Shown here piece after piece: positions 1 through 9,304 of a DNA stretch of 33,430 nt. Position 1 is the stretch's first letter; each line of letters starts with the position of its first letter. The notes beneath the pieces were generated by a model. It was not told where the DNA came from. It saw only the letters and a list, made by a program, of their open reading frames with translations, and ran no database searches. The DNA lies in NCBI GenBank assembly GCA_048624115.1, contig JBMCTC010000003.1, positions 1 through 33,430 on the forward strand. Direction: 5' to 3'. Made by a program: the position numbers and the translations under genes. The stretch is from Spirochaetota bacterium. GTDB lineage: Bacteria > Spirochaetota > Spirochaetia > DSM-27196 > SLST01.

Positions 1-55
1 CAAGTATGCACTTATGTAAATCTTGGGCACAGGGTTCGTGGCAGTCTATTGGCGT

Positions 56-84
56 TTGCGCGAGGTGCTGGGATATTCTATCTT
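56..84 (+). promoter_or_regulatory. Putative sigma70 promoter giving a leaderless GT4 mRNA
   Basis: TTGCGC(56-61)-17 nt-TATCTT(79-84)-6 nt-ATG(91); no Shine-Dalgarno. Confidence 0.4.
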
Positions 85-90
85 CTGCTC

Positions 91-1470
91 ATGTCAGATC
101 ACTTCCGAGTAGCGTTCATAAGCGGAAAACTCGGAGACGTCGATGGCGTCTCACTCGAGGTCGATAAGTGGATTGAGATTCTCTCTGAACTTGGCCACGA
201 AGTGTACGCGATTGCCGGCACCTTCACCGCACCCCTCGAGCACGTCCCTCAAGAGCGCACGCTGGAACTGCCGAAGATCCGGTTTGATAGTCCCGATCAG
301 CGAGAGTTTGAGCAGCTCGTATTCCCGTACCTTGCGAAACGACCGAGACAACTCAGTTCGCAGCAGCTCAAGGAGGTGGTTGAGCACATGGAGGCGCTTG
401 GCATCGAGGTGGCTCATCAGCTTTTTGAGTACATTCGCGAGCGAAGCATCGATGTGCTTATCGCGGAGAACACAAACGCGATGCCAATGACGCTTCTTGG
501 TGGTATCGCTGTCCATCAGCTCGCCACGGAGATGCGTGTTGCGACCATTTTCCATCACCACGATTTCTGGTGGGAGCGCAGCCGGTTTAGTGACACACGC
601 ATTCGCAATCTCCTCAATCGCATCATGCCACCGGTTGATCCGGGACTCGAACACGTCGTGATCAGCTCTTACGCGGCGCACATTCTCAGCTCCCTGAAGC
701 GAGTCTCGCCGTTTGTAATACCAAACTGCGAGCACTTCGAGGCCGCGGTCGAGTGTGACGACTACAACGCAACCCTTCGGGAGGAGCTCGGGTTTTCGCA
801 GCACGATGTGCTCGTGATTCAACCTACGAGAATTGTGCCGAGAAAGCGGATTGAAGACTCGATCCGTTTTCTCGCTGCGTTTGCTCGCAAGTATCCGGAG
901 TACGGGGATCGATTGAGGTTTGTCATTTCGCTCTATCAAGGAGACGAGCCGGACGACACGTACATCGACTCGATTCGTTCTCTGGCTGAGCAAGAAAGTA
1001 TCCCCTTCTACTTGATTAGCGATCGGGTGGCTGCGAGACGCGGCTCCGACGGTGATGGTCGCCGTCTTTTCACGAACCGCGACGTTCTGGTGAATGCAGA
1101 TCTGGTGACGTATCTGCCGATTTGGGAAGGCTTTGGCAATGCGCTGCTCGAGGCGATCGCCGCGCGCGTCCCGATTGTTACCACCACGTACCTGGTCTAC
1201 AAGACCGACATCAAGGGGACTGGCTTACAGAATGTCGAGATACGCGACCGTTACGACATTCCCGACGATGCGCTTGAGGCCACGAAGCAACTTCTCGAGG
1301 ATCGAACTCGAGCGCGTGAGCTCACCGATCGGAATTTCGCGATTGCCAAGCAGGAGTTCGGCTTCTCTGTTCTCAAGCAAAAGATTGTAGGCCTCCTCTC
1401 CAGTTATGGGGACGAGATCCGCGCATCGCGTCAACGAGTTACAAAGAGCAAGTACTACTATTCGGTATAA
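91..1470 (+). CDS. GT4 (GT-B fold) glycosyltransferase, mannosylglucosylglycerate synthase (MggS)-like
   Basis: N-terminal DGVSLE motif, HHHDFWWER, PTRIVPRKRIE, and the GT4 signature EGFGNALLEA. ATG at 91 is preferred over TTG at 49. The specific substrate is inferred. Confidence 0.8.
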   Translation: MSDHFRVAFISGKLGDVDGVSLEVDKWIEILSELGHEVYAIAGTFTAPLEHVPQERTLELPKIRFDSPDQREFEQLVFPYLAKRPRQLSSQQLKEVVEHMEALGIEVAHQLFEYIRERSIDVLIAENTNAMPMTLLGGIAVHQLATEMRVATIFHHHDFWWERSRFSDTRIRNLLNRIMPPVDPGLEHVVISSYAAHILSSLKRVSPFVIPNCEHFEAAVECDDYNATLREELGFSQHDVLVIQPTRIVPRKRIEDSIRFLAAFARKYPEYGDRLRFVISLYQGDEPDDTYIDSIRSLAEQESIPFYLISDRVAARRGSDGDGRRLFTNRDVLVNADLVTYLPIWEGFGNALLEAIAARVPIVTTTYLVYKTDIKGTGLQNVEIRDRYDIPDDALEATKQLLEDRTRARELTDRNFAIAKQEFGFSVLKQKIVGLLSSYGDEIRASRQRVTKSKYYYSV

Positions 1471-2423
1471 GTCGATACGTAGGGTAGCTCTGGGCGATAG
1501 AGGCGAGCGAACACAAGGATGCACACGCCAACTGCAGTCATGCCAACTGAGACGATTTGGCCACCTGAGAGCGAGGTGAGCACTCCGACCATGTGGTGGG
1601 ACTCGGCTCGGGCTCCGAAGGTCAAGGCAAAGCGGGTGCTCTCAATGCCTTGGAAGTATCCGACGATAAGCCGTGCCACGCCGTACCCGGCGAGGTAGAG
1701 CCCGGTCAGCGCCCCTGGAAACATCCGTCGCTTGCGAAAGCCGAACCACAGTACGAGCCACACCACAAGCCCAGCGAGTAGGGCCCCGTAGAGCTGAGAT
1801 GGATGTCGCGGCAGGTTGACGAGTGCCTCTTCGGGACGAACGGCGATACCGGCTTGCTCGGCGATGTGCTGCGCCCAGGATTCTTCGATGGGAACACGAC
1901 GAGCGCCGGGAAACAGGACCGCCCAGGGCGCCGCGGTTACCCTGCCGACGAGTTCCCCGTTGACAAAGTTCCCTATGCGCGCCAGCGCGTATCCGAGCGG
2001 GGCACTCAGGGCGAGGGCGTCCGCCCAAGCGAAGAAACGGTTGTTTCGTGTTTTGCAGAAGAGCGCGGTTGCTACCGCCGCGCCGAGCACTCCTCCGTGG
2101 TAACTCATGCCCTGCAGACCGGTGAAACTCCCGTCGTCAAACGGCCAGACGATTCGCCATGGTTCGGTAAGATACTCTGACGCCGTGCCGATCACGAGTA
2201 CGTAGAAGAGTCGACCGCCGATGAGTAGTCCAGAGACGACCCACGTAAAGAACACCGTAACTTCGTCACGGTCGTCTGTTAAACGGCTCCGACGCGCTTC
2301 GTGGCGAAAGAGTGCGATCGTTACCACGATCGCGATAATAGAGAGTAATCCGTACCAGCGTATCGGCAGCCATGGAGCAATCTGGGGAGTCAGCGACGCT
2401 GGAAACTCCAGGAACAGGCGCAT
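1458..2423 (-). CDS. lgt: Prolipoprotein diacylglyceryl transferase
   Basis: IRWYG, GGRLFYV, GMSYHGG, RIGNFVNGEL and RHPSQLY motifs; multiple TM helices. The 3' end overlaps the convergent GT4 gene by 13 bp. Confidence 0.93.
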   Translation of the reverse strand: MRLFLEFPASLTPQIAPWLPIRWYGLLSIIAIVVTIALFRHEARRSRLTDDRDEVTVFFTWVVSGLLIGGRLFYVLVIGTASEYLTEPWRIVWPFDDGSFTGLQGMSYHGGVLGAAVATALFCKTRNNRFFAWADALALSAPLGYALARIGNFVNGELVGRVTAAPWAVLFPGARRVPIEESWAQHIAEQAGIAVRPEEALVNLPRHPSQLYGALLAGLVVWLVLWFGFRKRRMFPGALTGLYLAGYGVARLIVGYFQGIESTRFALTFGARAESHHMVGVLTSLSGGQIVSVGMTAVGVCILVFARLYRPELPYVSTYTE

Positions 2424-5378
2424 CTACTTGTGGTCCTCGGTTGACCGTTCCTCGATGTGTCCTGACTTGGGATTAAAGACCATCGTCACGTTCTTCTTCG
2501 GCGAGGTTATCTCGAGTGTTCTGCCATGTGTCTCAATGACGACTCCCGGCCAGAGCGTTCCCCGTATCACGAGCTCCGATTCATGATGCTCCTCGAATCG
2601 TTCTCGAAGTGTGAACGTCCGAAGACCGCGCTTCTCAAGCAGTTTCAGGTAGTGAAGTTTCTGTGCGTGTAGTTCGTCCAGGCTTTGCTTTCCTGAACGC
2701 TCCGCCCCCTTCATTGCTAAGTCGATTTTGGTCACTTCCTGCTTGAGCTTTTCAATCTCCCGCTCTTCTTTCTCTATTTTGTCGGCAACAAGGTAGTCCT
2801 GACCAAACTCTACTATCGTCTTCACTTCGCGCTCGGATCCGAGGTCGAAAGTCTCAACTCCCTCCCGGCATCGGATTCGGCCGCCGATAATACGGCCCTT
2901 GTCTCCGATGATCCGCAGCTTTCCGTTTGTCTTTACAGTACAGTGCACGAGGCTTCCGCGAGCCTGAACGTTTCCGACGGCGAGCAGCGTCGCCTGCTCT
3001 GCAAAGGTGAGACCGATCGAGCCCTTCGTCCGGATGACGCCCTTGCCGGCACCCTTTATGCCTTGATTCACGATGACATCGCCTTCGGCACTAACGAGTG
3101 CCGCCTCTATCATTTCGGCAATCTGCACGTCACCCGCGGACATGACGAAGAAACCGGTCCGAACCGAGCCCTTGACGGTAACCGATCCTGAGAACCGAAT
3201 GTTGCCCGAGTGCAGATCGACATCGCCATCTACGACGTGTCCTTGCCGAACTTCGAAGCGGGTTCCTTCTACGATGAGCTCGCCATCCACCTCGGCCACG
3301 ACGACCTGTGTGCCATCGTCCTGTTGCTCGATACGGACATGGCTGCCGGCATCTAAATCTTGTTCGCTCTGGCTGCCGGCCTCGATCGTGTCGCCACAGA
3401 TGTTCCACCCGTCCTGGGCTTCCGACGCTACCGGCCGGAGACGAGCAATCGCTGTTCCCGCTCGGACACTCGTAATGCGGTCCTGGTTCTTGAAGTCGGC
3501 GTGCCCGTCACTCGCGATCGTGACGTCTTTTCCGGAGGCGAGGGTCACGAGCATCTCGATGCCGACATCATCTACCTCAGTCGGATGCTTGCCTCGTGCG
3601 AAAATGAGTTGTTGAACCGCGACTCCGTCGCGCATTCGCTCCCATGCGGCAAGCAGAAGCTTCTCGTTTACCCCACGCTTGATGCCGTAAGTCGCCACTT
3701 CTTGTTGAACACGATCCCAGGGCAACGCCTCGCCTGAGCCGAGCGAGGGCACCAGCGTGATGGATGCGGCCATTTTGCTCTCGAACAAATTGATGTCGAT
3801 TCGGGCGTCTTCGTGCGGCACAACCCGAAGGAGCACCGTTTGCTCCTTCCAGCCTCGATGGAGAAGCCCACTTCGCTTCGCCACGACAATGTTGTCCTCA
3901 CGCGCGAGGTTTTCGAAGATCCCTATTGGCGGCTCCGACGGTTCCGGCGCAGCTATCTGCTCGCCATAGACCGTTCGGCCCGGTTTGCCTGCCACCGCCG
4001 GAGCGATTGAAAGGACTCGCTGATCGTACTCGACTCGCGCGATGTCCTCGATAAGTACGGGCGGGAACGCTCCGGCGCCTGCCTCGCATTCAGGCGGCAA
4101 TCCGTTTTCCTCGAGCTCGCGTTTGACGTCCGCCGCGCGGTCGGGCGGCAGAAACCGAACGCTGTACTCCACGCCCCGGTCAGGCCCCGGTTCCGCGGCG
4201 GTACCCTCTGCAAGCACATAGCCGATCAGTTCGGTATCCGTGCTTCCGAAAAACGCCGAGATATCCTTCTTAATCGCGTCAAAGTTTAGTTCTACCAGTC
4301 GGCTTCGTTTGATTGCGGCGCCGAGTTCTTTCAGGTTGAGTGTCGTGCCTTTGCCCGTGGCCTTATGCAGGTTTAGTACGGCCTGGAGTTTGTCGTCGGA
4401 AACAAAGATATCGAAAGAGGCGTCCCTGCTCGCCGTGAGTGGCTCATTCGTAAGCGGTTTTCGCTCGCGAACAGCGCGCGCTACAATCTCTTCGATCTTC
4501 GCCGGCTCGTAGAGCCGGTCGACCGGGTAACCGAGCTCCTCGGCTCGATCTTGAATCTCTGCTGCGGTTGGCGGGTCGGCGTGTGCGTGACCTGGGTCAA
4601 ACGAGAGATAGCATGTGGCATTGTCGTCGGAGAGGGTGACCTCCCAGTCGTGGGTCTCGAATGCGATAACGTCGGCCCAGTTTGCGCCGATGCGCAGGAA
4701 CCCGTCGTGGACCGCGACAAGCTCTCCCTTGCGTCGTTCAGTGCCGGGACCCGCGTAGAAAAGCGGATCAGCGAGTAAGCGGGGCGGTAGTAAGTCTCCG
4801 GTGACCGATCGACCTGCTTCACCGGGGTCGGTTGGCTCGATGTCGGCGACCTTTTGGCCCTCGGTGACATATCCACGCCGTTCGACGGTCGGATCGACGT
4901 AGATTCGCTTGCGGTGGATCTCTTCTTCGGTGTAGTCGACCGTTTCCGTCTTGTCCGGCATAAAGGGGAGCTTTGACTTCTTCACCACCGTCTTTTGCTT
5001 TTTGATGCGTTGCTTGGTTTCGAGGACGATCTCCGGAGGCTTCGCCTCGCTCGTGACGCGCTCTGCCTGCTGTTCGAGATCGTCCGGTACTGTGATGCCT
5101 GTCCACCGCGCGGTTTCTGCCTTGGGCGTCGTGGGAGGAGTGCCTTGGGCTATGCGCACCGGTTCCACGGTGCCGCGTTCTGCTGCAAGCGCAATGGTGC
5201 GCAACGCCTCGTCGCGCGTGTATCCTTCGACAATGCCCGCCCCGCGCATCGCGCGTATGAAGGCCTCATCATCCCATTCCTTATTTCCGTCGGGGACAAA
5301 CTGAGCAGTGGCGGTCAATCCGCCGTCTTCAATCGCGAATGAGATCGTGCCCTGTGCTTTTAGGAGTTGTTTTCCCAT
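2424..5378 (-). CDS. FapA / DUF342 family protein (flagellar assembly protein A-like), long multi-repeat form
   Basis: C-terminal VDGDVDLHSGNIRFSGSVTVKGSV beta-helix, IIGGRI, a coiled-coil insert and a GTLWPGVVI end; repeated FapA N-terminal-like modules. Confidence 0.85.
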   Translation of the reverse strand: MGKQLLKAQGTISFAIEDGGLTATAQFVPDGNKEWDDEAFIRAMRGAGIVEGYTRDEALRTIALAAERGTVEPVRIAQGTPPTTPKAETARWTGITVPDDLEQQAERVTSEAKPPEIVLETKQRIKKQKTVVKKSKLPFMPDKTETVDYTEEEIHRKRIYVDPTVERRGYVTEGQKVADIEPTDPGEAGRSVTGDLLPPRLLADPLFYAGPGTERRKGELVAVHDGFLRIGANWADVIAFETHDWEVTLSDDNATCYLSFDPGHAHADPPTAAEIQDRAEELGYPVDRLYEPAKIEEIVARAVRERKPLTNEPLTASRDASFDIFVSDDKLQAVLNLHKATGKGTTLNLKELGAAIKRSRLVELNFDAIKKDISAFFGSTDTELIGYVLAEGTAAEPGPDRGVEYSVRFLPPDRAADVKRELEENGLPPECEAGAGAFPPVLIEDIARVEYDQRVLSIAPAVAGKPGRTVYGEQIAAPEPSEPPIGIFENLAREDNIVVAKRSGLLHRGWKEQTVLLRVVPHEDARIDINLFESKMAASITLVPSLGSGEALPWDRVQQEVATYGIKRGVNEKLLLAAWERMRDGVAVQQLIFARGKHPTEVDDVGIEMLVTLASGKDVTIASDGHADFKNQDRITSVRAGTAIARLRPVASEAQDGWNICGDTIEAGSQSEQDLDAGSHVRIEQQDDGTQVVVAEVDGELIVEGTRFEVRQGHVVDGDVDLHSGNIRFSGSVTVKGSVRTGFFVMSAGDVQIAEMIEAALVSAEGDVIVNQGIKGAGKGVIRTKGSIGLTFAEQATLLAVGNVQARGSLVHCTVKTNGKLRIIGDKGRIIGGRIRCREGVETFDLGSEREVKTIVEFGQDYLVADKIEKEEREIEKLKQEVTKIDLAMKGAERSGKQSLDELHAQKLHYLKLLEKRGLRTFTLRERFEEHHESELVIRGTLWPGVVIETHGRTLEITSPKKNVTMVFNPKSGHIEERSTEDHK

Positions 5379-5425
5379 CTTCTTCCGATCGTAGCCTACA
5401 AGATATAATTACTACATCTTCTCCA

Positions 5426-6568
5426 TTATATCTTAAAGCCTTGACGGCTCGCGCGAACTAATTTGGTCCGCATCAGGTCGTTTTGCTTTCTCAGGTGATT
5501 AATCTCAAGCTGTTGACTCTTCACCGTCTCGAGCAGGTCTCCCTCTGTGAGCGTTCCGGAGTGCAGCAGCTCATGCACGTAGTCACTTTTGATTTCGAAG
5601 TCGTTTTCCGCGTCGGCGACTGCCTCGACATAGCTTTCGTCTGGATCAAGCCATTCCAAGCCTGCGTCGTTCGACCGGGCGAGTTCGCCGATCTTTTCGC
5701 TGATTCGGGATAGGCCCTGTGAGAGCACGCTGCCCGGCTTGTAAAGGACGATTGGCAATCGCGACTGCAACGAGACGTTCTGAAATTCGTCCCGATACAA
5801 GATGCCAAAGTGCTCGATGTCGATGCCGAGGTAGTGGCGACAGCTCGAGCGCAGTTTCGCCACCTTTTCCGCGTCCTTCGGATCATCCAGCATGTTCATG
5901 ACGATTCGGGGACGGAAGTGAGCCGCGGCGTCTCGGTAACGGTCTACCGTTTCCGGGTCGACCGCCGCGATCTGAGCGACAATGTCGGGCAGAAAGGTTC
6001 GCTGCATCTTTCCTGTGTCCTTCGCGAGCTCTCTGAATACTTCGTCTGCTCGGGTACCACGTTTGATGGTGCTCGTGAGGAGCCGAAAAAGCGCGTTCTT
6101 GATGCACAGATACGCGTTTACGAGCGCTGTTGGCGTTGGAGTCGTGACGACGAGTCCCGTTCCTGAGAGCAGGAAGAAGTCCATTACGTTGAAGCTTGTG
6201 CCTGCGCCCAGATCGAGGATAAGGAAGTCACCCTCGAGTGCGCGCAGCCTCGATATGAGCTTGCGTTTCTGCCCCGAAGTCAGGTTTGCGAGACCCGGAA
6301 TCTCGTTATCACCTGGAATAAAGGCCAGGTTCTTGTAATCCGTTTTGTGAACGACGGATGCGAAGTCTCGGTTCGAGTCGTTGAGAAAGGCACCCACGCC
6401 GTCGGCCGTGCCCGAGACCCCGAGCAAGAGGTGAAGGTTCGAGCCGCCAAAGTCGAGATCAGCAAGCGTAACGTGGTACCCGGCTTTCGCGAGCAAGATG
6501 CCGAGGTTCGCGGCAACAAGCGACTTACCGACGCCACCTTTGCCACTTGCGATGGGCACAACGGTCAT
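5426..6568 (-). CDS. MinD/FlhG(FleN)-family P-loop ATPase with C-terminal coiled-coil extension
   Basis: Deviant Walker A SGKGGVGKS, DLDFG, switch II DLGAG, VTTPTPTALVNAY; C-terminal segment QQLEINHLRKQNDLMRTKL. Confidence 0.88.
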   Translation of the reverse strand: MTVVPIASGKGGVGKSLVAANLGILLAKAGYHVTLADLDFGGSNLHLLLGVSGTADGVGAFLNDSNRDFASVVHKTDYKNLAFIPGDNEIPGLANLTSGQKRKLISRLRALEGDFLILDLGAGTSFNVMDFFLLSGTGLVVTTPTPTALVNAYLCIKNALFRLLTSTIKRGTRADEVFRELAKDTGKMQRTFLPDIVAQIAAVDPETVDRYRDAAAHFRPRIVMNMLDDPKDAEKVAKLRSSCRHYLGIDIEHFGILYRDEFQNVSLQSRLPIVLYKPGSVLSQGLSRISEKIGELARSNDAGLEWLDPDESYVEAVADAENDFEIKSDYVHELLHSGTLTEGDLLETVKSQQLEINHLRKQNDLMRTKLVRASRQGFKI

Positions 6569-7015
6569 CTACTGCTCCGGGAATGATCTACTCTCATCCT
6601 CCTTATTTTCGCTTCTTTCTCCATTTTTGTCCATGAATCGATGGGATAGTAGCCCTGCCAGCATGGCAAGGTCGAGAACGAGGATTCCAAAGCTGATGAG
6701 AAACGTACCTTGAGCAGCGGTGACGCCCGAATCGGGGGGCATGATGCTCCCACTTAGGATGACCGCCGCATCTGAGAGCACAAACAGAAGCGCTACGATT
6801 CTCATGAGGGGAAGGTAGCGCGGCGCCGCGTCAGGCAGCGCCGCGCTCGCAGCAAACAAGGCGGTTGCGATCAGCCCACCATTAGCGAACCAGAGGAGAT
6901 TGACGTGAACGAGCGGTCCCTGCGGTAACGAACTAGCGAGCAAGAGGTAGACTGTCACAAAACGAACAAGTGTCCATAGACCGGCGAGTAGAAAACCGAT
7001 TCTGCGAGCGACCAT
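6569..7015 (-). CDS. Hypothetical membrane protein (~4 TM), first gene of the ATPase-FapA-lgt operon
   Basis: Four hydrophobic segments; its stop directly abuts the ATPase ATG; promoter immediately upstream. Confidence 0.75.
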   Translation of the reverse strand: MVARRIGFLLAGLWTLVRFVTVYLLLASSLPQGPLVHVNLLWFANGGLIATALFAASAALPDAAPRYLPLMRIVALLFVLSDAAVILSGSIMPPDSGVTAAQGTFLISFGILVLDLAMLAGLLSHRFMDKNGERSENKEDESRSFPEQ

Positions 7016-7022
7016 TCAGCGG

Positions 7023-7052
7023 AGTGTACGGAGAGGTTCCCGCAGCGGTCAA
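7023..7052 (-). promoter_or_regulatory. sigma70 promoter, leaderless, for the minus-strand operon
   Basis: On the minus strand: TTGACC(7052-7047)-18 nt-TACACT(7028-7023)-7 nt-ATG(7015). Confidence 0.55.
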
Positions 7053-7105
7053 TAGAATCGTCGCGTCACTGTTAGTATACTCTGACACAATAATGGAGTT
7101 TTTGA

Positions 7106-8545
7106 ATGAAGCAGACCACGAATAGACGAACTGAGCGAGTCGTGTGGAGCGCGGTAACCGTCGCGTTAGCGAGCCTTGTCCTCATTCTCGTTCTTGCGCC
7201 ACCCGCTTTCGCACAAGGCCGTTCTGCCGAGCAGAGCGACACGGAAGCGGCGCTCGAAGTTTTCGAGAACGTGTTTCGATTTGTCCAAGAAAACTACGTC
7301 GAGGAAATAGATCCCGAAGTGCTCCTCGAGGGAGCGCTTTCGGGTCTTTTTGAGAGTCTCGAGGATCCGTACTCGATGTACCTCGACGCGGCGGCGATCC
7401 GCGGCCTCACAGATACCACGACCGGAGAGTTCGGCGGCGTTGGCATGTACATTGCCAAGGAGCGTCCTGAGAATGAGGAAGAGGGCTCCGGATACGTAGA
7501 AGTTGTCGCCCCGATTGAGGATACGCCGGCGTTTCGGGCCGGGATGCGCGCTGGAGACTTGATCATCGGCGTCCGCGGCTTTGAGGAAGAGGAGTTCACT
7601 TCGACGTCTGAGTTAACGATAGACGAGGCTGTCGACATGCTTCGTGGTACCCCGGGTTCGAAAGTCGTCATTCGCGTCCGCCGAGGAGAACGAGCCGAGT
7701 TCAACGTTACACTCGAGCGAGCGATCATACAGGTGCCCACCGCTCGCTACGCGATGATCGACGGCGATATCGGATATCTGAGGATCATTCAATTCACGCC
7801 GCAGACTGTTGCGGCTGTGACCGAAGCCGTGGAGTTCTTCGAGGCGAACGAATATCGATCCATGATAGTCGATGTTCGCACAAACCCCGGTGGTAGACTC
7901 GACTCGGTTATTGACGTTGCAGACCTCTTTCTGGAAGGCGGAACCATTGTCGGAACCGCCAGCAGGATTCCGATGGAGAACGACCGCTTCACGGCTGAGT
8001 CTGAGACGATCGTAGACGAGGACACTCCCGTCGCCGTTTTGATCAATGAGGGCTCAGCGTCTGCCGCCGAGATCCTTGCCGGCGCTCTTCAGGATCGCAA
8101 TCGCGCCTACTTAATCGGCGAGACCACGTTTGGAAAGGGCTCGGTTCAGCAGATTCGACGCGTCGCCGACGGCGGCTTCAGGCTGACCATGTCGCGCTAC
8201 TATCTGCCAAGCGGTCGATTTATCGACAAAGTTGGCGTCGACCCCGATCTCGAGGTCATACCTCCGCAACTGAGTGACGAAGAGTCGGAGATTTATGCGG
8301 AGCTGCTCAACTCGGAGCGTATTATCGACTGGGTAGAGGAGAATCTCGACCCCACCGAGCGAGAGATCGAACAGTTCGTCGATTCGCTGCAGTCCGGTGA
8401 GTTCGATCTTCCAGACCGGTGGATCGAGATTGCGATCAGCGACGAGGTGAACCGGCAGAACAACGTGCAGCAGGTGTACGATCTCGAGCATGATGTCGTG
8501 CTGCAGACCGCAGTCGAGCTTCTCGAGGACGGAGAGTTACCGTAG
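7106..8545 (+). CDS. ctpA: Carboxyl-terminal processing protease, S41A family (PDZ + peptidase)
   Basis: Signal/TM segment, LEDPYSMY, FGGVG PDZ entry, DVRTNPGG, catalytic Ser in SASAAE and Lys in TFGKG. TATACT(7076-7081) and GGAG RBS upstream. Confidence 0.95.
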   Translation: MKQTTNRRTERVVWSAVTVALASLVLILVLAPPAFAQGRSAEQSDTEAALEVFENVFRFVQENYVEEIDPEVLLEGALSGLFESLEDPYSMYLDAAAIRGLTDTTTGEFGGVGMYIAKERPENEEEGSGYVEVVAPIEDTPAFRAGMRAGDLIIGVRGFEEEEFTSTSELTIDEAVDMLRGTPGSKVVIRVRRGERAEFNVTLERAIIQVPTARYAMIDGDIGYLRIIQFTPQTVAAVTEAVEFFEANEYRSMIVDVRTNPGGRLDSVIDVADLFLEGGTIVGTASRIPMENDRFTAESETIVDEDTPVAVLINEGSASAAEILAGALQDRNRAYLIGETTFGKGSVQQIRRVADGGFRLTMSRYYLPSGRFIDKVGVDPDLEVIPPQLSDEESEIYAELLNSERIIDWVEENLDPTEREIEQFVDSLQSGEFDLPDRWIEIAISDEVNRQNNVQQVYDLEHDVVLQTAVELLEDGELP

Positions 8546-8548
8546 TCC

Positions 8549-9304
8549 ATGAAGCAACTGCTGCTGCCCGCGACGCTTTCGGCCGGGCAGCGTTACTCGC
8601 TTACTGGTGGCGATTCCCACTACCTGGCGCGGGTTTTGCGCGTACAGCCGGGAGCGCGGCTCACGGTTATGGACGCGGCAGGCGACCGGCACACGGTCGA
8701 GGTAGAGGCCGTCGATTCAACCGGCGTAACCCTTCGACAGCTCGACCGTCTCGTCGCTTCGCTCGAGAACGTAGCCATTCGAGTTTTTCAGGCGGTGCCG
8801 AAAGGGCGGAAGTTCGACGAGGTGGTACGCAGCCTTACTCAGCTCGGGGTGCGCTCGATTACTCCGGTTATCAGCGAGCGTTCGGTCGCCGACCCCACCG
8901 AAAAGGCAGAGGCAAAAACGGCTCGTTGGAATCGCGTCGCTCGCGAGGCCATACAGCAGAGCGGAGCATCTCACGTCACCGTCGAGGCTCCCGTGAGACT
9001 CTACGAAGTTGATTTTGACCGCGAGGAAGGACTGTCGCTCCTGCTTCATCCTGTGCCTCTTGCGCACGAGACACTGCACGCCTATCTTAACGACGCCCCG
9101 AGTGAGATCTCCCTTTGGGTTGGGCCAGAGGGCGGCTTTGCCGACAATGAGGTAGAATGGTTGCAAGAGCGCGGGATTCGGCCTCTCTGGCTCGGCCCGC
9201 GAGTACTTCGGAGTGAACTCGCAGCGGTGGTGGCGGCATCAGCAATTCAGACACTTCTCTTGGAGCAGGTAGCGTGGCGGCTGACGACAGAACAGGATTC
9301 ATAA
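8549..9304 (+). CDS. rsmE: 16S rRNA m3U1498 methyltransferase (SPOUT)
   Basis: HYLARVLR, TQLGV, EAIQQS, VGPEGGF and LGPRVLRSE motifs. Confidence 0.93.
   Translation: MKQLLLPATLSAGQRYSLTGGDSHYLARVLRVQPGARLTVMDAAGDRHTVEVEAVDSTGVTLRQLDRLVASLENVAIRVFQAVPKGRKFDEVVRSLTQLGVRSITPVISERSVADPTEKAEAKTARWNRVAREAIQQSGASHVTVEAPVRLYEVDFDREEGLSLLLHPVPLAHETLHAYLNDAPSEISLWVGPEGGFADNEVEWLQERGIRPLWLGPRVLRSELAAVVAASAIQTLLLEQVAWRLTTEQDS

Noticed and set aside
1-22. TTATGTAAATC (12-22) resembling a XerD arm of dif
   Set aside because: The XerC arm would lie mostly outside the window, and the visible bases do not fit a 6-bp spacer; cannot be supported.
5391-5419. AT-rich GTAGCCTACAA-GATATAA-TTACTACATCT, weakly dif-like
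   Set aside because: Only about half of the positions match either arm and the spacer is 7 bp; an internal promoter region for the FapA gene is more plausible.
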